From positions 1 to 64,000 of IMG/VR virus record IMGVR_UViG_3300036868_000046: a DNA stretch of 64,000 nucleotides. The stretch is one strand, 5' to 3'. The notes beneath the pieces were generated by a model. That model saw only the letters and a program-made list of their open reading frames with translations. It was not told the origin of the DNA and searched no databases. The number at the start of each line of letters is the position of its first letter. The first letter of the stretch is position 1. Positions 30,067 through 40,966 of the stretch are shown here, piece after piece. Made by a program: the position numbers and the translations under genes. Origin of the DNA: a virus (Duplodnaviria; Caudoviricetes).

Positions 30067-30692
30067 CACATGTTGACGATGCGGTATCCGATGAGGTCGA
30101 CGTGGAGGATCCCCTGCGTCGGCGGCGTCGGCGACCCGTTGAACGTGATCGCGTTGTAGATCGGCACGAACTGGATCGCCGCGTTCGGCGACCAGAGTGT
30201 CGGCACGGGACACGGCACGATGTTGTCGGGCCGCGACAGCACGGGGCCCCGGGGGTTGTTCTGCATGAACCGCTGGGAGCCCGCGTCGTTGAGCTCGTAC
30301 ATGATGTCGATGATGTCCGTGTCGACGACCTGATCGGGGAGCGGGAAGGTCGACACCGGGCGCCACCGACCGAGGTTGGTGGCGGTGGACGGCAAGGACG
30401 GACGCCAGAGCGCCATCGGGTAGTGCGTCATGACGAACGGTCCGTCCTGCGACACCTGGATGATGATGGGCGTCCCGCGCTGCCCGGAATCGTCGGTCGT
30501 GAACGTGATCTCGCCCGACAGGATCATGTCGATCCGCCGACCGGGCGTGGCGTCGAGCTGCTCCTGGACCGATTGGGGCCGCTGCTGCAGCTGGTTGAAC
30601 GCGTCGGTGAGATCGTTGAGCTGCTTCTGCAGGTTGCGGATCACGCCGGCGTGCTGGCGAAGTGCGGCTTGCTCGTTAGCGCCCATGAACAC
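30066..30692 (-). CDS. Candidate second capsid protein (single jelly roll-like) with an N-terminal coiled coil
   Basis: Beta-rich, about 200 aa, ends LHVDLIGYRI, immediately after the candidate MCP; the fold is inferred. Confidence 0.45.
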   Translation of the reverse strand: MFMGANEQAALRQHAGVIRNLQKQLNDLTDAFNQLQQRPQSVQEQLDATPGRRIDMILSGEITFTTDDSGQRGTPIIIQVSQDGPFVMTHYPMALWRPSLPSTATNLGRWRPVSTFPLPDQVVDTDIIDIMYELNDAGSQRFMQNNPRGPVLSRPDNIVPCPVPTLWSPNAAIQFVPIYNAITFNGSPTPPTQGILHVDLIGYRIVNM

Positions 30693-30784
30693 GGACTCCC
30701 ATCGAAGAAAGGGGTTTCCTGGCTCTCGCCAGGACCGTTCGCGGCGCCCCGCGGGGCAGCGCCGGTGGTGAGATCACCTCGGGA

Positions 30785-31360
30785 CTACTGGACGTCGCGG
30801 GTCTGGAGGCCGTCCAGCATGAAGCCGATGACCTTGATGTCGTCGGTCGCGCCGGAGTTGAGGCCGTCGAGAGCCGACACCGAGCCGATCGGCGTGAAGT
30901 CAGCGCTCGCCGCGAAGTTCTGGCGGACCGGGACGACGATCGGGCGGGCCAGCTTCAGGATCGCCGGCTGCTCCGGCGTACCGTTGTTGAAGATGGAGAC
31001 CGTCGAGTCGAAGCCCCAGACGCCACCGCCCTGGGGGAAGTACCAGGCCGGGGCCTGGAACATCGGCTTGTTGCCGACGGTCAGCGTCCAGAACAGCTGG
31101 CTGGTCACGTTCATGTAGTTCTGGCGGCGGTTCGTGCCGTCGAAGAACATGAGGCACCGCAGCGCCAGGATGACGTAGGTCTGATCGGAGGCGAGCTGAC
31201 CTGCGGTCTGCAGGTTGGTCAGCGCCGTGTTGCCGATGTTCGCGTTGCCGAACAGCTTGGTGCTGTTCTGGATCGCGGGAGATGGGTCACCCGACGTACG
31301 AACGAGGGTATCCCAGAACGGCTGATGGAGCCGCTCCTTGTAGCCGTGAAGACGAGGCAT
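30785..31360 (-). CDS. Candidate major capsid protein (single jelly roll-like), 191 aa
   Basis: QPFWDT...LFGNAN.GN..LTNLQTAGQL...PIVVPVRQNF...FMLDG. It has its own RBS and intergenic space, sits at the centre of the virion block, and has paralogs at 56386 and 57044. Confidence 0.55.
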   Translation of the reverse strand: MPRLHGYKERLHQPFWDTLVRTSGDPSPAIQNSTKLFGNANIGNTALTNLQTAGQLASDQTYVILALRCLMFFDGTNRRQNYMNVTSQLFWTLTVGNKPMFQAPAWYFPQGGGVWGFDSTVSIFNNGTPEQPAILKLARPIVVPVRQNFAASADFTPIGSVSALDGLNSGATDDIKVIGFMLDGLQTRDVQ

Positions 31361-31469
31361 GGTCGAGATCCTTCTGATGCAATCGTTTTGGTTCGGCGCG
31401 CTGGGGACCATTCCGCCAACGCAACCAGGCTGGGGCCTCCAGCCACATCTCGGATCTCGGGGTCAGCGA

Positions 31470-32933
31470 CTACCGGCTGAAGATGCCGGTGTAGAGCTGG
31501 TTGGGGTTGTCGAACGCCGTGCCCGCGCCCGGAACGGCCTTGGTGAACGAGCGCGCGGGGACCGGGGTGAGGAAGTTCTGCGTCGGGACGCGCTTGACGA
31601 GCGCGCCGGTCGACATGCCGCCCAGCAGGTCGTTGCCGAGCTCCTCCTCGATGCCGAGTTCCTCCTCGAGCCCGAGCTCCTCCTGCACCCCGTCGCTGCC
31701 GACGGCCAGGTAGTCGGAGAGCGTCATGCTGTCATTGATGGGCGGCACCGCGCCGACCGCCAGGTAGTCGCCCATCTGGACGTAGTCGCTCATGCCGACG
31801 AGCGACTTGACGCTCGCGGGCGCGAACGCCGACACCAGGGAGTCGAGCGCCGACAGCGCCGCGCCGATGAGCAGCTCGTTCTTGTGCTTGGCGATGATCG
31901 ACACCTTCCCGGACAGGAAGTTGAGCCCCAGCATGGTGCCGACCGCGAGCACGGGAGAGGTCAGCGACCCCAGCGCGGACACGCCCGGGATCATCGGACC
32001 GATCTTGCTCGCGACCAGCCGCGTGCCGTACATGCCGGCGAGCACCGGCACGGCCCGCTTGGCCAGATCGAGGATCATGTTGCCGGGGTTCCGGCGGTAG
32101 TGCCGGCGGCGCGGGTTCCGGCGATAACGCCGACGCGGGTTCCGGCGGTAGTGCCGGCGCGGGTTCCGACGATAGCGCCGACGCGGGTTCCGACGGTAGC
32201 GCCGGCGCCGCCCCGGATTCATGCGGATCGTGCGCGCGCCCGCTGAGGTCAGCATCACGACCGTCTTGGCGGTCTTGCTCTTGCGAGGACGCGCCTTGCG
32301 GGGACGCGCCTTGCGGGGACGCCCACGCTTGCCCTTGCCCCTCGCCTTGCGGGGACGCCCACGCTTGCCCTTGCCCCTCGCCTTGCGACTGCGCGCACCG
32401 CGCCGCATTTGCGCATGGCGCCTGGTGCGGCCCATGCGACCGAACTTGCCGGACGCCCGACGCGCGCGCCAGCGCGCCTTGGCCTTGCGCGACAGCTTCG
32501 CGCGGGTCTTGGCGCTCATGCGCCGCTTCTTCGCCATGCTGGATTTCCTTCCGGCCTTCCGGCCCTTGCGTGTTCTGCGGCGAGCTGACGCCTCGGCCGC
32601 GAGGATCAGACGGTCTCGTTTCCGCTGCCGGTGCATCGGATGCTTGCGCGGCGCCGGACGCGCCACGCCACGCCGCGACGGTCCGAGGTCATCCCAGATC
32701 CGAACAACCCGACGCTTCTTGCTTCGGTGCTTGGCGGCATGCCTGTTGATGCTCGCCGCCTTCTTCCGCACGCGCTCAAGGATGCCCCCGGTCGCCTTGC
32801 GCATCCTTTTCCGATGTGAGAGCAGCGCGGCACCCGCGAGCGGGCGCCGCCGCTTCTTGGCCGGATTGCGGATCACGGCACGGCCGGAAACCCGCATCCC
32901 GCGCCGGCGACCGTTGACGTAGAGGATGGGCAC
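31470..32933 (-). CDS. Arg/Lys-rich protamine-like core protein with a C-terminal membrane-associated region
   Basis: About 280 aa of extremely basic sequence including 6 RRR(H)YRRNP repeats, followed by hydrophobic helices and an acidic tail. Confidence 0.75.
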   Translation of the reverse strand: MPILYVNGRRRGMRVSGRAVIRNPAKKRRRPLAGAALLSHRKRMRKATGGILERVRKKAASINRHAAKHRSKKRRVVRIWDDLGPSRRGVARPAPRKHPMHRQRKRDRLILAAEASARRRTRKGRKAGRKSSMAKKRRMSAKTRAKLSRKAKARWRARRASGKFGRMGRTRRHAQMRRGARSRKARGKGKRGRPRKARGKGKRGRPRKARPRKARPRKSKTAKTVVMLTSAGARTIRMNPGRRRRYRRNPRRRYRRNPRRHYRRNPRRRYRRNPRRRHYRRNPGNMILDLAKRAVPVLAGMYGTRLVASKIGPMIPGVSALGSLTSPVLAVGTMLGLNFLSGKVSIIAKHKNELLIGAALSALDSLVSAFAPASVKSLVGMSDYVQMGDYLAVGAVPPINDSMTLSDYLAVGSDGVQEELGLEEELGIEEELGNDLLGGMSTGALVKRVPTQNFLTPVPARSFTKAVPGAGTAFDNPNQLYTGIFSR

Positions 32934-33165
32934 GAGATCAACACAAGAGGCACGAGATCACTTAAGTCAACCCCCCATCGTCGGTCGGCGGTCGTTTTTC
33001 GCAGGGCTTGACGCTCTCATCGGCGTCGATCAGCGCGTTCAGGCGCTCCGCCTTCGCTCGGAGGTCAATGTACGAATGCAGTGCGCGTACGCACGCGGCC
33101 TCGGTACAACTGCCGCGTCCTGACCCACTCCCATCAGCGATGCGTCTCGGTTTCATAAGCAAAAC

Positions 33166-34132
33166 TCAACCCTTTCCGTGTGGCGGCCGTCGAGTGGACG
33201 CCAGGCGGTCGTAGAACCGTTCCAGAACCGTGCCAATCTTCTCGTTCGCGTCGGCAGCCGTGCGGCTGATGAACTCCATGTTGGCCGTGTACTCGCGCCG
33301 CGCCGTGTTCTCGTTCTCGCGCGCCGCCTCGAAGATCTCGCGGATCGTCGTGATGTGGTCCTGCAGCGCCTGGCGGTGCTTGGCCTCGAACTCGAGCCGC
33401 AGCTCGTTCGCGATCTCCTCGCGCGAGCCCGAGAGCTGCGCGCGATCGACCGCCCACTGCGCGCGCTCCTTCGCGACCTCGGCGTCGTGCTTCTGCCGGT
33501 CAGTGTCGAGCTCCGCAATCCGGTTCGTGAAGTGGCGAAACAGGTAGGCGATCACCCCCGCCAGGGCCGTGATTGCAAAGAGCAGCGCGGCGACGAGGTT
33601 GTTCGGGATCCCATCCGCGGATGGGGGTTCAACCATCGATACCTCGACCGAACACACCGAGCCCACCGCCCCAGATCATCGCGAGCACCTGCTTGCGCGA
33701 CTGGATGATCAGCAGGCACTTCCCGTCGGGGGTCGTGTACAGATCTGGATAGGGCTCACGCGACTCCGCTACGACCTTCTTCCCATCGACGTCCTCGAAC
33801 GCGAATCCAAGGCTCTGCCCCAGCCGGGTCAACGCCGGCACGTCCCGGAACCGGGCCGGGACTTCGACGCGCGGACCGTCTCCATCCGCCGTGTAGCAGA
33901 CGACCCCCGCATCGTGCTCGTGGATGTAGTCGACCGGCCGCTTTGGCTTGCGCAGCGTCGCCGGATCCACCTTGCCGGAGCGATAGGTCACATGGAGGTT
34001 GCGGCCGGCGCGGTTCAGGTGCGTGGGGATCCGGAACGACGCGGGGAACTCGCCGATGCGGCGCGGCTCGTAGCGATGGAACTCGACGTACTTGTCGACG
34101 GCCTCCTCGGCCTCTTCGGGGATGCGCTTCAC
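33166..34132 (-). CDS. TM plus coiled-coil protein (33166-~33640) and a hypothetical protein (33629-34132)
   Basis: Open frames in the operon direction. Confidence 0.6.
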
Positions 34133-34136
34133 CGCC

Positions 34137-36828
34137 TCATCCTTTCGGCTTCAGAAACTTGAACGCGATGAGCGCGCCGATCGCCGCCAGACCGACCCAC
34201 TTGTACTTGTCGTACAGCTCGGGCAGCGACGCCGCCACCTTCAGAACGTCCTCGCCCACGAGCAGCGCCGTCGCGCCGATCGCCTTCACCGCGGTCCAGG
34301 CGACCTCGAACCCGCTCTGAAACGCCGACAGTGCGCTCAACCACCAGGGATTCAGGCATGCCGCCACCGAGGCGGTCTGCATCGCGTCGGCGCCAGTCTG
34401 CAGCGAGGTGATGACCCATTGCTTGAACCCCGGCGCGTTGACGAGTCGGATCCCAGATTGCTGGGCCTGCTGCGCGGCGTGCGTGTAGTCGAGCGACCGC
34501 TGCCCCACGGCGAAGAGGCTATCCGCCGCGGCGTGCAGATCATCGCCGGCGGTCGTGAGATCGGCGAGCACCTGGTCGATGGTCCCCTGCGCCTTGACCA
34601 CCGCCGCCATCACCGTGGTGACCCCCGACAAGAGCTCGTCGGGCGTATAGAACCCGGTCGTGTTCCAGTTGTTCGACAGGTCGTCGATCTTGTCGCGCAG
34701 CGGCGCGAGCGTGGCCGTCGCCTGCTGCTGGCACTGCTGGCGCTCCCAGTACTGCGGATCCATCCAGTTCCCGTCGGGCACGTCCGCCATCGATCCACGC
34801 TTCATGTAGGTCATCGCAGCACCTTCCAGGCGACCAGCGCGATCGCTCCGTAGAGCAGCAGGCTACTCGGATCCGAGAACAGGTCCGCGCCATCCAGGCT
34901 GGCGATGCGACCCTGGGGGAGCTCGCCGCTCCCCACCTTCTTGGCCCCCAGCGGCAGCTTCCAGGCAGCACGCGTCGGCGGCGCCCCCTGCGGACGCCCG
35001 TCATCGCCGAGCACCTCGCGCGGACGCGGCGGAGATCCGGCGTGCGTGCCACCCGGCCCAGGTCCGTCGTAGTAGTCGTAGACCCGGCGCGTGTAGTCGT
35101 ATACGGAGTACCGACCCATCACCGCCGCTTCTTTTTGAACAGGAACTTCCAGGCGAGGAACGCCCCGACCCCGAGCGTCACGTAGCCCCCGGGCACCGAG
35201 TCCGCGATGTCCGACAGCGCCGCCGACGCCGACCCCGTCTGACAACCGCACGTGCCCGAGCACGAGCAGTTCGCCCCCAGACCGGACATCGCCGCGCGCG
35301 TGACGCCGATCGGCTCGGGCGCCCCCGGCCGCGGCAAGAGCGAGCTGCCCTCGAGCGTGGAGCCCTGGAGGCTCGTGCCCGAGAGCGTGCCGCCTGACAG
35401 GGATCCGAGCGCCACCGTATCGGCCGCGCGTGATTGGTGGGGGACGTTGCGCTGCCAGCTGAGCAGCGGCGCCCCACCCCGTTGATAGGCGAACTTCATG
35501 GACATTGCCTCTTCTGGCCGAAGCCTTGGGCCACCGAGATCGGGACCGCGACCACCGGCACGAGCCGCCCCGCCAGGCCGTAGAACATCGCCCAGAGGAT
35601 GGAGCCCGTCCGGCGATAGCCGTGGAACGTGAGCGCGATCGCCGATGCCGTCTTCACGCTCGGCGACGTCGCGATGTCATGAAGGTTGAAAGACGACGTG
35701 GTGGTCGTCCCATCCCCCAGCTGCTGGCGGGTGTACATCACTTCCTCTTCTTGCTCTTGCGGAGCACCAAGTAGCCGATCGTCCCTGCCACCCCCAGAAT
35801 TGCCAGCTTCTCGACCGGGCCCAGGGTGGCGAACGCGCCGATCGCGCCGGCGTCCGGCGAGGCCACCGTCTTGCCGCTCTTGGTCACGATGGTGGGCACC
35901 GTGATCGCCAGCGGGCCCGACACCTCGGCCGGGGCCCCTAGCGAGTTGGCCAGCGCCATCACCTGCGCCGCCAGCACGTCGACGTCCGGCGCCACCCCCA
36001 TGCAGCTCGAGGTGTCGCCCATGACCGAGCCGCTCGCGATGCCCTGCACCTGGTGAAGGAGCGCCAGCGTCTTGGGCCCCACCGCGCCGTCCGTCACGAT
36101 CTTGCCCCACCCGCGAACCTGCGCCACCCGGTTGAGCTGCCCCTGGAACGCGCGCACGGCGTTGAGCGCGGGGAAGTTCTTCGCCTTGCACACCCCGCCG
36201 ATGCTCGAGAAATCGTCCGCGGACGTCGTGGTGCCGCTCGCGGTCTGGTTCACCGCGTCATCGGGCTCTGCGTCCTCGGGCGCCAGGATGCCCATCCCGA
36301 AGTAGTCGAGAACCGATGCCCACCACGGTTGCCCATCGTCGCCGAGCGACTGGTAGACCACCGGAGTCCTCGTGTAGGTCATGGCTTGGTCTTCTTCCAG
36401 AAGTGGTAGGCCACGATGCCGGCAATGGCGTAGGTCAAGAGACCACCCGGAACGTCGGGCAGGAACCCCAGGCCGCTGGTCGCCATCGGCGCCGAGTCAT
36501 CTGGTACGCCCGAGGACAGCCGACGTCCCTGATCGCGCGCCGCCAGGACCGCCACGATGTTGTCTGCCCACGACATGCGCTCCCAGTCCGGTCCGACGAT
36601 CTGCCGCAACGCAGATGCCGTAGGCGGGTCCAGGTGGCCGCTGTTGGGCACGCTGGTCGCGCCCATCCGGTAGAGCTCGCGCTGCAGCTGTCGCACGAGC
36701 AGGATGATCTGCGCCGACTTCGGATCCGTCGTCGCGGGAGCGATCATCATGTACGGGATGATCATCGTCGCGCTAAAATCGCCGATGCCGAGCGACGTCA
36801 GAAGGTTGCGTGATGTGACCTCGCTCAT
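34137..36828 (-). CDS. Cluster of virion membrane proteins (34137-34814, 34811-35119, 35119-35505, 35496-35738, 35738-36382, 36379-36828)
   Basis: C-terminal TM plus basic tails. 35738-36382 (DGAVGPKT) and 36379-36828 (SGHLDPPT) carry peptidoglycan-binding-like motifs. Confidence 0.7.
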
Positions 36829-38567
36829 GGCTCCGACCTCTTCCGCGAAGAGAGCAGGATCGCGACCGCCGCGACGGCGCCCCCTGCGATGAGTAGGGTC
36901 GTCGTCAAGGACGACGACGAGGGCGGCGGGACCGGCGCCGGCGGGCGCTGACCGCACGCCTGTTGCGCGAGCGCTGCCCCCGCCGCGCCCACCTGAGGGG
37001 GCGCGCCCGCGGCAGTCGCCGCCGCGGCCGACGCGGCCTGTCCTTGCTGACCACTCAGCGTGCTGTTCAGGACGTCGCACGCGAGGTCGGCCAGGTCCCG
37101 CACCGTGTCCACCACGGCATTGCGCACCGGCATCACCACCGTCGCCGGGATCTGGACCAGCGTGTTCCAGATCGACCCCAAGACGCCCGGATCCGGGATC
37201 CTCGACAGCCAGACCTTCAACGCCAGCGGATTGGTCGCCGAGCCGACCTGGTACGGGTCGATCGGGTCGAGCATGACGTGCATGACCAGGTCTTCGTTCG
37301 TCGTCGGATGCTTGGTGCGAACGAGCGGATCGATGCCGGTCAGGAGGTACCACAGGGTGTGCTGCCGGACCGGCGTGTCCATCGTGATGCCCATCGCGTC
37401 GAACCAGTTCCCCCAGTCCGGCGACGAGCCCTTGCCCTCCTGCGCGATCATGTGCGGATACGTGGTGCCGACGTCCGTCTTCCCAGCAGCGTCGTGGGCC
37501 TCGACGAGCCGGTCGTGAAGCCATCCAAGGACGTCCGCATCGACCGGCCGCATGACGACATTCGCCGAGGTCGTCGTTGGCCGCCAGTTCGGATCGGGCG
37601 ATGGATACATGAGGTCTGGGGTGCGGCCAGGGCCCGCCGAGCTCGTGGACCCACCGAACGCCCAGACCCGGTTCTGGAGCCGGTCATCGAACTGGAACGG
37701 CCCGACGTAGAACGCGCCGGTCGGGCGGTTGTCCCGCACCTCGGTCTGCGACGGGTCGACCGTCGCGGCGCCGGGTGGCGCCCCGCTCGCGCAGAACGGC
37801 ACGTCCTGCGCGCCTGCCATGGTCCGGGTCCAGTGACCCGGAATTCCCGCGGAACCGTAGACCCAGGAGAACCCGGGGCTCGATTGGCAATCCGCGGTAT
37901 CTCCCAGAACTGCCATGCAGCCATAGCACCCCAGGCCCAGGAGAGATTTTGCCTGGGGTGCCGCGCGTCGCAGACCCGTGTTGATGACCTCGGCCGCAAG
38001 CCCCGTCGACATCGCGCGGCTGATCGCGAGCGGCATGGCCTGGCCGGGGTTCATGCCCTGCGCGATGTACCGCTTCCAGATGTCCTGCGTCCTCGTCCAG
38101 AGGGAGCGGTCGATCTTGTCCATGATCTGCTTGAGCGCATCCTGCCGCTTCTTGGGCGGGACGCTCTTGACCCTGGACAGGATGATCTGCGCCGCGCGCT
38201 GGCCGTAGTCCTCGTAGGGCGCCGGCAGCTCCGCGTCGCCGAACGCCGAGAGCATCGTGATCTCCCGACCGCCGCCCGGCATCCGCGCCGAGCGCACCAC
38301 CTGCGGATGCTGGTTGAGCCAGTGCGGGATGCGCGGCCCGGCGTACGTCCCACCGGGCGCCCACTTCGTGGTGTAGGTCCCCTGGCCGTAGCCTTCGTCC
38401 ATCACGTATTGCGGCACCACGTAGCCGCCCGTCCCGACGTCGGGGTCGTCGTAGGTGCCCCGGGGCACCTGCTTGGTCACGAACGCCCGGCGCTCGAGGC
38501 CCTCCTCGTCGACGTTGCCCGGAAGGCAGTACCCTGGGTCCCAGGGCTTTGGCAGGTTGTAGGCCAT
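36825..38567 (-). CDS. Large tail-anchored virion protein
   Basis: Start MAYNLPKPW; internal LLGLGC..C..VLGD; C-terminal TM plus RKR. Confidence 0.65.
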   Translation of the reverse strand: MAYNLPKPWDPGYCLPGNVDEEGLERRAFVTKQVPRGTYDDPDVGTGGYVVPQYVMDEGYGQGTYTTKWAPGGTYAGPRIPHWLNQHPQVVRSARMPGGGREITMLSAFGDAELPAPYEDYGQRAAQIILSRVKSVPPKKRQDALKQIMDKIDRSLWTRTQDIWKRYIAQGMNPGQAMPLAISRAMSTGLAAEVINTGLRRAAPQAKSLLGLGCYGCMAVLGDTADCQSSPGFSWVYGSAGIPGHWTRTMAGAQDVPFCASGAPPGAATVDPSQTEVRDNRPTGAFYVGPFQFDDRLQNRVWAFGGSTSSAGPGRTPDLMYPSPDPNWRPTTTSANVVMRPVDADVLGWLHDRLVEAHDAAGKTDVGTTYPHMIAQEGKGSSPDWGNWFDAMGITMDTPVRQHTLWYLLTGIDPLVRTKHPTTNEDLVMHVMLDPIDPYQVGSATNPLALKVWLSRIPDPGVLGSIWNTLVQIPATVVMPVRNAVVDTVRDLADLACDVLNSTLSGQQGQAASAAAATAAGAPPQVGAAGAALAQQACGQRPPAPVPPPSSSSLTTTLLIAGGAVAAVAILLSSRKRSEP

Positions 38568-38578
38568 GTAGGTTCCCT

Positions 38579-39193
38579 TCAGGCTGCGATGGGCCAGGAG
38601 GACGAGTTCTTGATACGAGACAGCATCTGCGAGGTCTTCTCCGCGGCCACCGGATCGAGCACGATCATGCAGCGCGTGCGCGGCTCCATCGCACGCGTAA
38701 ATACGTGCGAATACTGGACTTGGCCGTTGTAGACCATGTTTTGAAAGGCGCAAGTCACAAACTCCGCCCGTCCACCCACCGCCGTCACCGCCGCCGCCAG
38801 CCAGGTCGCCATGTCATCGCAGTCGAGCGATGGGCGGTGACCGGCGAGGATCTGCTGGCTGATGATGTAGGGCGCTCGCACGAGCTCCGTACGACGCGGG
38901 TCGCGCATGTACCGCGTGCGCTGCAGGAGGAAGTGGTAGAGCGCCTGGTACTCGCTCATGTAGTCCTTCGAGTCGAGCCACTCGCACACGCTCTCGGCGA
39001 GCTGCCGCGTCGCGAAGCTGTTCGCGTCGTCGAGCACCGCCTTGCGCATCACCGCGATGGTCTGCGGCGCCCCGTTGTAGCCGACCCGGCTCGTCGGCAC
39101 CTGGTCGGGGGTCCAGAACATCCGCGCCCGCCCGTACCCCATGCCGGAGAGCGGGGGAATCGGAGAGCGGGCGGGGTGTCGATGGCGGATCAC
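38579..39193 (-). CDS. Transglutaminase-like cysteine protease (candidate maturation protease)
   Basis: LDCDD (Cys), YSHVF (His) and VLDP (Asp) triad, plus Y.RDP..TELV. Confidence 0.8.
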   Translation of the reverse strand: MIRHRHPARSPIPPLSGMGYGRARMFWTPDQVPTSRVGYNGAPQTIAVMRKAVLDDANSFATRQLAESVCEWLDSKDYMSEYQALYHFLLQRTRYMRDPRRTELVRAPYIISQQILAGHRPSLDCDDMATWLAAAVTAVGGRAEFVTCAFQNMVYNGQVQYSHVFTRAMEPRTRCMIVLDPVAAEKTSQMLSRIKNSSSWPIAA

Positions 39194-39244
39194 GAGACGA
39201 CTGTCCTTGGCTGGACGACATCTCGGACCTCGTTCACCGACCCG

Positions 39245-40966
39245 TCATCCGGTGCCGGTGAGCACCTCTCCCACCTTGCGAAGCCAGTTCTTGCCAGCCT
39301 GCGACATGAGGGGTGAGGTACCAGGCAATTTTGCCACCTTGCTCATGAACAAGTCAATGCCGTGCTCCTGAACCCACCCCATGACCTCCACCGGCATGTG
39401 TGGCCTGGCGCTCTGGGCCACGATCTCCGGCTCCATCCGGTTGGAGAACGCGTTCTCCAGCAGCGACAGCATGGTCTTGATGGTGTCCGGTTCGATGGCG
39501 GGCACCTCGATCTGTGCCCCCTCGCTGGTCGTGACGATCTTGGGCTTGCGCCGCGCCGGCACGACCTGGTTGCCCACCTGGATGAACTTCTGCCCGCTCT
39601 GGTCCTGCACGACCCGCGGACGCATCGTCGCGGGGTTCTGCATCATGCCCTCGGGCATGCCCGGCTGGCCGCCGCCCACGCCGGGAATGCGGCTGATGAT
39701 CTTGCCGATGCCCTCGACGGCCGTGGGGCTCGTGAACGCCTCGACCACCTTGTCGATGCCGGACTTCTCGCCATCGCTCGACCCGATCAGGTCCTTGAGC
39801 TTCTCGACCTCCTCGATCGAGTCGATGATCGATTTCTCCTTCTTCTCGCGGAGCTCCTTCACGTCCTGCCTGAGCTCCGTGTTGTCGCGGGTCAGCCGAT
39901 CGATCTCGGCCTTGAGCGTGTGCGCCTGGACCTCCGCCGTCGTCTTCGCGGCGCTGAACGCTGTCTCGTGCGACAGCCGCATCGCCGCGATCTCGCGCTC
40001 GTAGCTCATCTTGATCGACGCCGCGGCGTCATCGTGCGAGCGCCGCATGGCCTCGATCGTTCGGTCGTGGCGATCCTCGATGCGCTTGATGTCCTGCGTG
40101 AAGCCTTCCCGGAGCTGGCGGAGCTCGGATTCGTGCTGCGCGCGGAGCGCCGTCAGGCGGGCGCTGTCGCCCGTCATGAGCGTGTCCAGCATCTTGTCCC
40201 GGAACGGGTCGTCCGGCGGCTTCTGGTTGCGCAGCGCCGCGTTCTCGGTCTGGACCGCGTCGAGCTGACGTCGCAGCGCGGCCATCGCCTCGCGGTTCTG
40301 CTCGAACATCATCCGGATCGCGGGATCGATCTCCCGATCTGGCGGGCGCTCGTTCTTGATCTTGAGCTGCTCGGCCATCAAGTTGAACGCCGCCTTGGCG
40401 ATGGTCGGTTCCTCATGGCTCATCGTCGGCGCGACGGTGGTCGGCTCGGCGGTCAGCGGAAGATGGTCGAGCCGCGGGTCCCCGGCGATGGTCAGGTGGC
40501 GATGGTTGACGAACTTCCACGAGCCGCGCTCGTTCTGGCGCATCACCTTGATGTGGTACTTGCCGCCGCCGAATTCCCTCTGGATCTGATCCTCGTCGGG
40601 AAACTCGTCGTAGCTGCGCAGGTGACCCTCGGTCGAGACGTCCTGCCCCGTCTTGGGGTTGCGCAGGTGCTTTGGCTCGGTCCGTCGCAACGCCACGCGA
40701 AAGACGCCGCCATCCGCGCTGAGGACCTGCAGCCAGTCACGCAGACCGGACTCCTCCTCGTCGCGAATGCGCTTCATGTTCGGCGACAGCTTCTCGCGGG
40801 CCGGCTCCTTGGCCGTCGGCGGAGCCGCCGGCGGAGGCGTCGTCTCCGCCGGCGCGTCCGGCACCGACTCGAGCGCGGTCTCCGAGTCAGGGACGGAGCT
40901 CGGCTCCGGCTCGTCGTCTGGCGGCTCGACGGGCTGCTCGACCTGCTTGACGGTGGCGCGCTTCAC
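39245..40966 (-). CDS. Large coiled-coil protein
   Basis: Long heptad-rich central region. Confidence 0.7.
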   Translation of the reverse strand: MKRATVKQVEQPVEPPDDEPEPSSVPDSETALESVPDAPAETTPPPAAPPTAKEPAREKLSPNMKRIRDEEESGLRDWLQVLSADGGVFRVALRRTEPKHLRNPKTGQDVSTEGHLRSYDEFPDEDQIQREFGGGKYHIKVMRQNERGSWKFVNHRHLTIAGDPRLDHLPLTAEPTTVAPTMSHEEPTIAKAAFNLMAEQLKIKNERPPDREIDPAIRMMFEQNREAMAALRRQLDAVQTENAALRNQKPPDDPFRDKMLDTLMTGDSARLTALRAQHESELRQLREGFTQDIKRIEDRHDRTIEAMRRSHDDAAASIKMSYEREIAAMRLSHETAFSAAKTTAEVQAHTLKAEIDRLTRDNTELRQDVKELREKKEKSIIDSIEEVEKLKDLIGSSDGEKSGIDKVVEAFTSPTAVEGIGKIISRIPGVGGGQPGMPEGMMQNPATMRPRVVQDQSGQKFIQVGNQVVPARRKPKIVTTSEGAQIEVPAIEPDTIKTMLSLLENAFSNRMEPEIVAQSARPHMPVEVMGWVQEHGIDLFMSKVAKLPGTSPLMSQAGKNWLRKVGEVLTGTG

